64,000 nucleotides of DNA, from positions 15,555 to 79,554 of the forward strand of contig JBBILB010000004.1 of NCBI GenBank assembly GCA_037445145.1, read 5' to 3'. The notes beneath the pieces are model-generated. The model was not told where the DNA came from. It saw nothing but the letters and a program-made list of their open reading frames with translations, and searched no databases. The DNA comes from Candidatus Woesearchaeota archaeon. GTDB lineage: Archaea; Nanobdellota; Nanobdellia; Woesearchaeales; ARS49. This document shows positions 1 through 7,593 of the stretch, one piece after another. Position numbers and translations under genes: made by a program. Every line of letters begins with the position of its first letter. The first letter of the stretch is position 1.

Positions 1-10
1 GCGCGCCTGT

Positions 11-3000
11 TCATTTTTTCACCTTCCGCTCACTGAGCCATTCTGCGAGCTCGCGCTCAAGCTCCTTTTTATGCGTCCTGTAATATGCTGCGGTAATGCG
101 CAATTTTGCGAGGATTTCCTCAAGCTCTGCAGAAGTGAGCCTGCCTGCCTTCAAGACAGCAAGGCGCTCCCTAACAAGCCCCTTTTCTGCCGGAGTGAGC
201 CTTTCAAACAAAATTTTTCTCAAAAGCCTGAATGCCTCTGGCTCCTTCTGAATCGCGGCAAGAATGCCGGGAGCCTCACGTTTTGGAATCCTTCCGCTTA
301 GCAAATCCCTGAGCTTTCCAAACACATCCTCTGCAACAGGCACATTTTCCTTTTTGAGGCGGTCAGCAAGCTCAGCCATTGAAACCCAGTCCCTGTCCGT
401 AATGCCCGGCTCCTCCCTGCGGGCAATCCTGCGCAGCTTATCAATAACAGGAGGCACTGACTTTCTCGCAGGAGCCTTTGGCAAAGGCCTTGCAGGAATT
501 AATGGCGGAACCGCCTCTGCCTGCCTCTCAAGGTAATACTTGTACCCGATATAGCCGCCAATTCCAATCGCACCAAGAACAAGCAGAACAAGGAAAATCC
601 AGAGCAGTATCCTCAGCTTGCTTGGCGGGTGCGATATTGCATCAAGCGGGTTTGTGCCTTTCCCAATCTCAACCTTGTCATCCCAGCCGTCAAAGTCTGT
701 GTCTGGGTTTGTCGGGCTTGTGCCGTGCCTGTATTCCTCAAGGTTGGTGAGCCCGTCATTGTCAGGGTCTGCATCAGGCGCGCCCTCGCCTGTGCACAAT
801 ACGCTTCCAAAGTGCCTGATGCGCCAGCCGTCAGAAATCTCGTCGCCGCAGCTGAACTTCTGCGAGGGCGAGCAGCCGTTCTCGTCAGCAGCCTCATCCT
901 GCGGGGTGTTCGGGCACTTGTCCCTGTCATCAGGCACAAGGTCGCCGTCACGGTCGCGCTCGGGCTGGCACGTGCTTTCAATGCACATCAATCCCGCAGA
1001 ACAATCAAGGGTTGAGTGACAATTCTTGTTCTCGCCGCACTTGACCGGGCAAGATCCGCCACAGTCAACATCACTCTCTGTGCCTGAAAGTATTCCGTCA
1101 GCACACGTGTCTGGATTGCTGCAGAGCCCGAAATTGCAGCTTCCGCTCGCGCAGTCAGCATCACTGATGCATGTCTTGTTCATTCCGCACGGCAGGCACA
1201 CCCCTCCGCCGCAGTCAACATCTGTTTCATTCGCATTTTTCACATTGTCATCGCAGGCAGCAATTACGCATATGCCGTTATGACAGTATCCTGATATGCA
1301 GTCCGTGTTTGTGTTGCAGTTCGCGCCATCAAGGCAGCCGGGGCAGAGCCCACCGCAATCAATATCTGTTTCATCAGCGTCCTTTACTCCATTCTCGCAG
1401 GCTGTCGGCGCCTTCTCAAAGTCTATCGTGACCCCATTGCTTGCCATCGCATTGCCGCGCAGGCCAACAATGTTGACCGGGTAAACCTCAAACCGGTACT
1501 TGTTACCATCTGTCAGGTTAAGCCGGGTCACATAGAACGGCGTCGCATTGAGGTTTGTGCTAAGTGTCCAGTTGAGCACGGTCGTGTTGGCATGATATGT
1601 GAGCAGCCTGTAATAGTACGCACTAATGTTCGTCTCATTATCCACGCCAAGGAAGTTAAGCTGGAGCTGATCAGCAAAATAAGAGAACTCAGGCTCCTCA
1701 GGCAGGTTTGAGCTGTCATCAACAAAAAGCATTTCAGGAGGCGTCGTGTCAACAACCACAGGAATCTCAAGTGTCGCAATCTCATTCCCGGCGCCTGTGC
1801 TGCACTTCACAAACCACTTGTATGCACCAGAGCTTGTGACATTCACAGGCGCCACGTGCGCATAGCCGTACTCTCCCATCAGGACCGGCTCTGCATCAAT
1901 CGCCTCGCCCACATAACAGAATGAGCGCTTGTTTGTCTCAACCCGCAGGGCAAATTCGGTAGTGTTTGAGTAAGGCGGAGTCTGGCTTATTGCTGCAAAA
2001 GGCACGCCAAGGTCAACCCTGAACTTGACGGGCACTGTTGCAGAAGGCATCTCTGCAGTGTTCTTGCACGCAACATAATAAGTGTATTCTGTTGCATCCT
2101 GTGTTACGTTGATTTCAGCAGAATGGGACCTCTTTGGAATTTCATCAAAGCCGGAAAAGAGCCCGTTCATCAGAACAAACGGCACGTTTTCCGTGCTGTA
2201 CTTGCAGAAGCCCTCATCATCTGTCTGCACCTTGAGATAAGTCGTGAAAATGTCCTGTCCCGGCAAGCGACGCTCTATGATTACTTCCGGGTAAGCATAT
2301 GCTGACTTAATTACTGGCGGAGTCGGGTCAATGCGCAGCTCAAATGATTCCATCACAATATTGCCGCCTGCCTTGCAGTAAACGTAGAGCTTGTGGGTCT
2401 TCAGGTCGCCGACCGCAATCTTGTCAAAGTCAGGGATTTTATGCGTCACAGCCGTTTCTTCAGGGAATGCCCAAAGGAATTCATCAAATGCCTCTTCTGA
2501 TGCAGGCGCCGGCAGGTCATAGGAATACTTGCACACTGCCGTGCGCGAGGTCTCAACAACGATGTCAAACACGTACGAGGCGCTGACGCCCCAGCTTGGC
2601 TCCTTGAGCAGCATCATCATAGGCCCAAGGTCAACCCAGAAGCTTGATTTTCCGATTGCAGGATTGCCGGCAAGGTCCTCTGCCTGGACCCTGATGTTTT
2701 TCTTTCCGCCTGAAAGCCCTGCAACAGTTGTGCTGTAAGTCATTCCGTCTTCTGAAGCAGTCAGCATTGGCACAAGGTTCATTGTCACTTTTTTTGCGGC
2801 ATACTTTGATGTCCAAACCTCGTTCTCAAGCGTTGCAGCAAGCAAAGTCAACGGCTCATTGAACTGTATTGATATGTCAACTGAGCCAACATTAATGACT
2901 GTGCCGTCCTCTGGAATGATTGTTATGTCGCCAGGGGTTGTGTCAACTGTAATTGAAACACTGCCCTCTGCATCCATGAAGACGCCGTTTTTGTCCTTGG

Positions 3001-5092
3001 CGTTGAAAGTCAGGGTGTACTCTCCGTCCAATAAGGGCTTAAGCGGGATGAAAGTGTACTCATAATTCGCGCCGCTTGACGGGCTTGCCGTCACAGGCAT
3101 GACCTTGCTGCCAAGCACAAGCGCTGCAGAAGTCAGGATTGCGGGCTCATTGAATGACACAGTGATTACAGGAGTGTCTGCAATTGTGTAATATTTGCCG
3201 TCAACAAGCCTGCCCGGAGTCACAACAACCTCAAGCACTTTCGGACCTTGGCACCTGTCGCAGGCAATAATTTTCATTTCCTTGACAATACCAGGGTTGT
3301 TTGCGCGGTCAACACCATAATACCGCAAAGTATTTTCCCCAATAGACATTGTTGCAAGGACTTCCCTTCCGCCCTGCAAATAAAGGTCATTCACGTTTAG
3401 CATTGAATAATTTGTAGAGGCAAAATCAGACGGGCTCGTGCAGGATGATTCCTCGCCAACAACGCAGACACGCAGGCGGTAGCCCTGCCTGCCTTCCATG
3501 AACGCGCCGTCATCAGTTGCATTGCGCCTGTCAAGCATTTTTACAGCAAGCCAGTCAATCCTGTCAGTCCTGAACACTGACGGCACAAGGGTCACATTTG
3601 GCGGGAGATAGTCAAGCTCGCACTGCCTCCTCTCAGGGGCAGCCACTTTGAGCGCACAGTCAGGGACGCTGTCTGCATCGTGGTTTTTCACACAGCCCGC
3701 GCCTGCAATGTTCTGGCAGACACGTATGTTGCACGGGTCTGTGCTTGGAACCGCGACCGAGTTGTCAGCATTGAGCCTGATTCCGCCAGGAGGAGAGCCG
3801 CACTGCGATTCATTGTAGTCCATACATGCAGCAGCAGAACAAGGGTTGCTTTCCTGCGAGTTCTTGTCATAAACGCACAAAAATCCCGGGACAGTCAGTG
3901 CATTTGACTTTTCAGCAGTGCACTGGTCAAACACCTCATTGTAAGCGTCATTGTTCTCAAGCCCCAAAGTGCCTTTTGCCTTGCACCATGCGCAGTTTGC
4001 AAACCGCGTGTCAACGCAGACACCTATGCCAATGCCAGGAATCACGTCGCGCCACTCGCACACTCCGGCATGGCAATTGTCGCGCTCGCAAGCACCCTTT
4101 GACCGGTAATCCGCGCACACCATTCTCGGGCTGCACGCATAGCATTCATCAATCGAGCTTTTCGAGCGGTCATAAAAGCAGTAATTCTCGCCGTCTTTTT
4201 CACAGCCGGCAAGCGTGGAATACAACCCGAAAATCCCGCCCCTGTCGCACACCGTCTGGCCGATGCACATGACGCCTGCCTCATCAATGACGCACTGCTC
4301 TCCTGCCTGGCAGTTCACAGCAGGCGCCTGCTGGTAAAGCCGGTTTGATTCATCGCACGCCCAGCCGCGGTTGAATTTGTCCTGGAAAGCCGCAATAACT
4401 GCAGAGGGGAAATCAGCATCAAAAGCAGCAGGGGTTATTCCTGCATAGCCGTATGTCTTAAGGTATTGCTCAAAAAGGTCGTAATAATAATCACCAATGC
4501 AGAACTGCTCATAGCCCTTGTGCCAGCATTCAATGTCATTAAGCCTGCCTGACGCGACAGCAGGCTCTGACAAGCCTGAAACCCTGGAAGCCGAAACAAG
4601 CTTGTACGTGTAGTCAGTATTCCATTCCAGTTCTGGCGAAATGTCTGTGTAAAACCCTGTAGGGGCTGCCTCAGTCAGGCGGACAAAATCATCGCAGTCA
4701 TCGCCCTTGCACCGCGAAATCTCAACATAATAAGTCTGCGACGGGCATGGCAGGGAGTACGTGATAAGGAGTTGCTTTTTGCCTTTCACAGGCAGGACTG
4801 CAAGGTTTTGCGGCGCAGGCTTGTACTCAGGAGAGTCGCAGTTGACAGGTGGCGGGATAACGACAGGAGGGGCAAAAATTGCCTCGCAAATATCATCGCA
4901 GGATTCCCCAAGCGCAGGAAGCTGTGATGTGAACTTCCAGTATGATTCATCGCAGAAAACACGGTCTGACACAAGCGAGCCATTAAACACAATCGGGTCG
5001 CAGCAGCACCCCGGCTGAGCAAATGCGGGCTGCGCACATGCCATTGCGTACAACAACGCCGCCAGTGCTACGATCATCAATATTTTTTTCAT
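11..5092 (-). CDS. Giant (1693 aa) cysteine-rich type-I cell-surface protein. Order: signal peptide, Cys-rich N-terminal region, Ig-like beta-sandwich repeats, three 8-Cys modules, TSP3-like Asp-rich motifs, one TM helix, ~170-aa cytoplasmic tail
   Basis: Uninterrupted 1693-aa ORF. N-terminus MKKILMIVALAALLYAMACAQPAFA is a Sec-type signal. Ig/SbsA-like repeats are visible (PVITVSFNEP..DGEYTLTFNAKDKNG; ISIQFNEPL..AEDLAGNP). Asp-rich motifs are DRDGDLVPDDRDKCPN and DPDNDGLTNLEEY..NPDTDFDGWDD. The TM helix is LRILLWIFLVLLVLGAIGIGGYIGY. The start overlaps the upstream stop (TAATG at 5092). Confidence 0.85.
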   Translation of the reverse strand: MKKILMIVALAALLYAMACAQPAFAQPGCCCDPIVFNGSLVSDRVFCDESYWKFTSQLPALGESCDDICEAIFAPPVVIPPPVNCDSPEYKPAPQNLAVLPVKGKKQLLITYSLPCPSQTYYVEISRCKGDDCDDFVRLTEAAPTGFYTDISPELEWNTDYTYKLVSASRVSGLSEPAVASGRLNDIECWHKGYEQFCIGDYYYDLFEQYLKTYGYAGITPAAFDADFPSAVIAAFQDKFNRGWACDESNRLYQQAPAVNCQAGEQCVIDEAGVMCIGQTVCDRGGIFGLYSTLAGCEKDGENYCFYDRSKSSIDECYACSPRMVCADYRSKGACERDNCHAGVCEWRDVIPGIGIGVCVDTRFANCAWCKAKGTLGLENNDAYNEVFDQCTAEKSNALTVPGFLCVYDKNSQESNPCSAAACMDYNESQCGSPPGGIRLNADNSVAVPSTDPCNIRVCQNIAGAGCVKNHDADSVPDCALKVAAPERRQCELDYLPPNVTLVPSVFRTDRIDWLAVKMLDRRNATDDGAFMEGRQGYRLRVCVVGEESSCTSPSDFASTNYSMLNVNDLYLQGGREVLATMSIGENTLRYYGVDRANNPGIVKEMKIIACDRCQGPKVLEVVVTPGRLVDGKYYTIADTPVITVSFNEPAILTSAALVLGSKVMPVTASPSSGANYEYTFIPLKPLLDGEYTLTFNAKDKNGVFMDAEGSVSITVDTTPGDITIIPEDGTVINVGSVDISIQFNEPLTLLAATLENEVWTSKYAAKKVTMNLVPMLTASEDGMTYSTTVAGLSGGKKNIRVQAEDLAGNPAIGKSSFWVDLGPMMMLLKEPSWGVSASYVFDIVVETSRTAVCKYSYDLPAPASEEAFDEFLWAFPEETAVTHKIPDFDKIAVGDLKTHKLYVYCKAGGNIVMESFELRIDPTPPVIKSAYAYPEVIIERRLPGQDIFTTYLKVQTDDEGFCKYSTENVPFVLMNGLFSGFDEIPKRSHSAEINVTQDATEYTYYVACKNTAEMPSATVPVKFRVDLGVPFAAISQTPPYSNTTEFALRVETNKRSFCYVGEAIDAEPVLMGEYGYAHVAPVNVTSSGAYKWFVKCSTGAGNEIATLEIPVVVDTTPPEMLFVDDSSNLPEEPEFSYFADQLQLNFLGVDNETNISAYYYRLLTYHANTTVLNWTLSTNLNATPFYVTRLNLTDGNKYRFEVYPVNIVGLRGNAMASNGVTIDFEKAPTACENGVKDADETDIDCGGLCPGCLDGANCNTNTDCISGYCHNGICVIAACDDNVKNANETDVDCGGGVCLPCGMNKTCISDADCASGSCNFGLCSNPDTCADGILSGTESDVDCGGSCPVKCGENKNCHSTLDCSAGLMCIESTCQPERDRDGDLVPDDRDKCPNTPQDEAADENGCSPSQKFSCGDEISDGWRIRHFGSVLCTGEGAPDADPDNDGLTNLEEYRHGTSPTNPDTDFDGWDDKVEIGKGTNPLDAISHPPSKLRILLWIFLVLLVLGAIGIGGYIGYKYYLERQAEAVPPLIPARPLPKAPARKSVPPVIDKLRRIARREEPGITDRDWVSMAELADRLKKENVPVAEDVFGKLRDLLSGRIPKREAPGILAAIQKEPEAFRLLRKILFERLTPAEKGLVRERLAVLKAGRLTSAELEEILAKLRITAAYYRTHKKELERELAEWLSERKVKK
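968..1399 (-). repeat. Three tandem 46-50 aa 8-cysteine modules inside the giant protein gene (coding repeat)
   Basis: CENGVKDADETDIDCGGLCPGCLDGANCNTNTDCISGYCHNGIC / CDDNVKNANETDVDCGGGVCLPCGMNKTCISDADCASGSCNFGLC / CADGILSGTESDVDCGGSCPVKCGENKNCHSTLDCSAGLMCIESTC. Cys spacing is conserved, and the module boundaries were mapped onto Cys codons at 1399, 1255 and 1105. Confidence 0.9.
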
Positions 5093-6393
5093 TAGTCAGG
5101 GCACCCCGTGGTGCGGAGCTTCAAAACCTGATAGTCTTCTGTCCTGCCGCCATCAGACACATAAACGCGCATTCTGAAAGGCTCGCCTGCAGGGGGCGTG
5201 GTGATTTCTCCCGGTGATGCAGGCTCTGTCCTAAACGTAACAAGGTCCTCGTCAGGGTCAACCGCCCTTAGTTTTGCAGTCCATGTTTCAGGCCATTTTA
5301 TCACAAGCTCATCGCCAGTGAGGAATATTGACGGCTTTCCCTCGCAGGTGCCAAGCGGAATGAACTCATACCTGTCAAGCGCCGTCTGGTTAATCCACAC
5401 CAGCGCAGGATACCTGTTTGCCCTGAGAATCCAGAACTCCAAAGGCTTGCCGCGCAATCTTGACTCTTCATCCCTAACAATGATTATGTCATCAGTTCCC
5501 TGGTCAAAATCATTCCTGAAAACATTCTTGACAATTGTGACAGGGGTTGCTGCAGTGCTCAGGTTGCGGGGATCAAATGTTGCGTCATTTATTTCGCCAA
5601 GCACAATGCTTTGGACAAAAAGGTAGAATTTTGCAAGGTGGACAGGATAGCCAAGCGAGAACTGGTCAAGAGTTGTGTTCCTTTTTGTCGTAAGGTCTGT
5701 AATGTTGACCTGCCAGCGGACAAGCACTGTGAAGAACTGCTCTGTTTGAATCTGGGTGATGTTTTCAGCAATCATCACGCTAACATTAGGCCTGCCTGCG
5801 GCAATTGAAAGCCCCTGCGCCCCAAAAACCGCCCAGTCAGTGCATTTTGGAAGGTTAAAGCTGATGTATGACTCGAGCTGCTCCTGGATTGAGTCCCTCC
5901 CCGGCTTGAACAGCGGCGGGAGCAATGATTTTCCATAATAACCGCCGTAAAATTCCTTCATGACAGATCCTGTTGTCTGGTTGAACACGTAAGGAAATGA
6001 GGGGAAGGGGTACTCGTCCGGCTCTGCATAATAAAGCGTGCCAATATCCTGCACAGGCCTTGTTATCAGGTAGCTGACATTGAGCCCCTCGTATTCAGCA
6101 TACCTCGAGCCCTTTTCCGCGGGCTGGACATCAGGAGTCAGGCCGCCCTGCATCCTGTACAAGACACCCCCCTGCTTGCCAAGAAGCTCAAGCCCTGCCA
6201 TTGTCGTTATGTCAAGGCAGGACTGAACATATTCCCTTACCGGCTGGACAGCAACCTGCCTGAGCCTTTGCTGCCCTGCCTCCGGCTCTGTCTGCATTGT
6301 TGCGGTCTGCGTACCGAGCCATATGACAAGGATTGCCGCGAACAGCAATATGATGCCCATGGTTATCATAAGCGTGAGCTGTGCATTTTTCAT
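5092..6393 (-). CDS. Hypothetical membrane-anchored/secreted protein (433 aa) with a pilin-like or signal-anchor N-terminus
   Basis: ORF 5092..6453 trimmed to ATG 6393, which forms an ATGA overlap with the upstream stop at 6390. N-terminus is MKNAQLTLMITMGIILLFAAILVIWLG (short basic head plus hydrophobic helix). Many N-x-S/T sequons. No family recognised. Confidence 0.7.
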   Translation of the reverse strand: MKNAQLTLMITMGIILLFAAILVIWLGTQTATMQTEPEAGQQRLRQVAVQPVREYVQSCLDITTMAGLELLGKQGGVLYRMQGGLTPDVQPAEKGSRYAEYEGLNVSYLITRPVQDIGTLYYAEPDEYPFPSFPYVFNQTTGSVMKEFYGGYYGKSLLPPLFKPGRDSIQEQLESYISFNLPKCTDWAVFGAQGLSIAAGRPNVSVMIAENITQIQTEQFFTVLVRWQVNITDLTTKRNTTLDQFSLGYPVHLAKFYLFVQSIVLGEINDATFDPRNLSTAATPVTIVKNVFRNDFDQGTDDIIIVRDEESRLRGKPLEFWILRANRYPALVWINQTALDRYEFIPLGTCEGKPSIFLTGDELVIKWPETWTAKLRAVDPDEDLVTFRTEPASPGEITTPPAGEPFRMRVYVSDGGRTEDYQVLKLRTTGCPD

Positions 6394-7565
6394 GGTCTCA
6401 ATTTTCCTGTCAGGGCAGGCCATGCCCTGACAATCGGGCTTGCTTCCAAACAATCATTCTCGTATCCTGGCTCGCACCTGTGCCTTGCAATAATGTTGAA
6501 GCCCGTGCCTGTCTGGTTTTCGCAGAATGCCCTTGTGTCATACACCTTGACAAGGTTAAGGCAAGGGTCTTTGCCAAGGTTGATATTGGAATACCTGACA
6601 CCGATATAGTCTATTGGCACAGGGCTTGACTCTTTGTAAGGCAGGATTGTGTATTCCGGTCTCAGATTTTTTTCAAGGAAGCCAAAAATGGCCTTGTTGC
6701 CGTTCTGCGCGAGATAAATGTGGTTGAACAACCGCGACCTTGGGAAATAAAGGAAGTTCATGCCGGGATTTTCAGGCTTGTGCAATACCTGCATTACGTA
6801 ATAACTCATTGTTGCCATTGGGCCTGTTATTTTTTCCAAAATTCCTGCCGGGGGCAGTGAAAGGCTGCCGTTTGGAAGATAAATGACTGCATTAAGCGAG
6901 GGGCTGTACCAGACATTTGAGCCGCAGGACGCAAAGCCCGTAATTTCAGGATTGACATTCTTGCACAAATCCGCACTCTTGTCCAGCGCAAGCAGGAATG
7001 AGCGCGTTGTGTGGTTTACTGGAACATTAAGCGTTGCTCCCACGGCAATTGCTGCAGGAGTCTTGAGGATGCAGATGCTGTTAATGCAGGGGACTGCCTT
7101 ATTGCCAATGTTGCAGCTGCTGCCAAGATATTCCTCAACAAGGACATTTTTGACCAGATAATCATACTTGTTAAGCACAGCTTCGTACGAGTCGCAGAAC
7201 AAGGTGTGGCGGTCAGGGGAAGTTTCCTGCGCGAGCTGGAGAAGCTGGAGCGCAAGCCTCTTTGTGCGGGTTGTCCAGTTCCCATTCTCGCAGACATAGT
7301 CAAGGATGCTCTGGGAATTGTTGACGCACCTTGGCCATAGCCGTTCATCGCCCAACTCAAACCAACGCAAAATATCCCCGTCATAGCTGTCATTGCCAAG
7401 CGTGTGCAAAAGGCACTGGGTCTCATTCGCGCACGCGCCGCCCATTGACAAGTCCCATGAAAAACTGACTGCCACCCTCTGCCAGTCAGCGCCTATGTCA
7501 GCAAGCACCCCAGGCAAAAAAACTGCTACAAATACCAGCAATGCCGCAAATGTTGTTCTTCTCAT
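6390..7565 (-). CDS. Hypothetical secreted cysteine-containing protein (391 aa)
   Basis: ORF 6390..7691 trimmed to ATG 7565, preceded by a GAGGGTG SD-like site. MRRTTFAALLVFVAVFLPGVLA is a Sec-type signal peptide. It lies 28 nt downstream of the preceding gene. Confidence 0.7.
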   Translation of the reverse strand: MRRTTFAALLVFVAVFLPGVLADIGADWQRVAVSFSWDLSMGGACANETQCLLHTLGNDSYDGDILRWFELGDERLWPRCVNNSQSILDYVCENGNWTTRTKRLALQLLQLAQETSPDRHTLFCDSYEAVLNKYDYLVKNVLVEEYLGSSCNIGNKAVPCINSICILKTPAAIAVGATLNVPVNHTTRSFLLALDKSADLCKNVNPEITGFASCGSNVWYSPSLNAVIYLPNGSLSLPPAGILEKITGPMATMSYYVMQVLHKPENPGMNFLYFPRSRLFNHIYLAQNGNKAIFGFLEKNLRPEYTILPYKESSPVPIDYIGVRYSNINLGKDPCLNLVKVYDTRAFCENQTGTGFNIIARHRCEPGYENDCLEASPIVRAWPALTGKLRP

Positions 7566-7593
7566 CACACCCTCTTTTTTTGAAAATACTCTG

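Noticed and set aside
618-4287. Numerous 60-150-aa ORFs on both strands inside 11..5092.
   Set aside because: They are nested in or antisense to the uninterrupted 1693-aa ORF, whose domain content is coherent from signal peptide to TM anchor.
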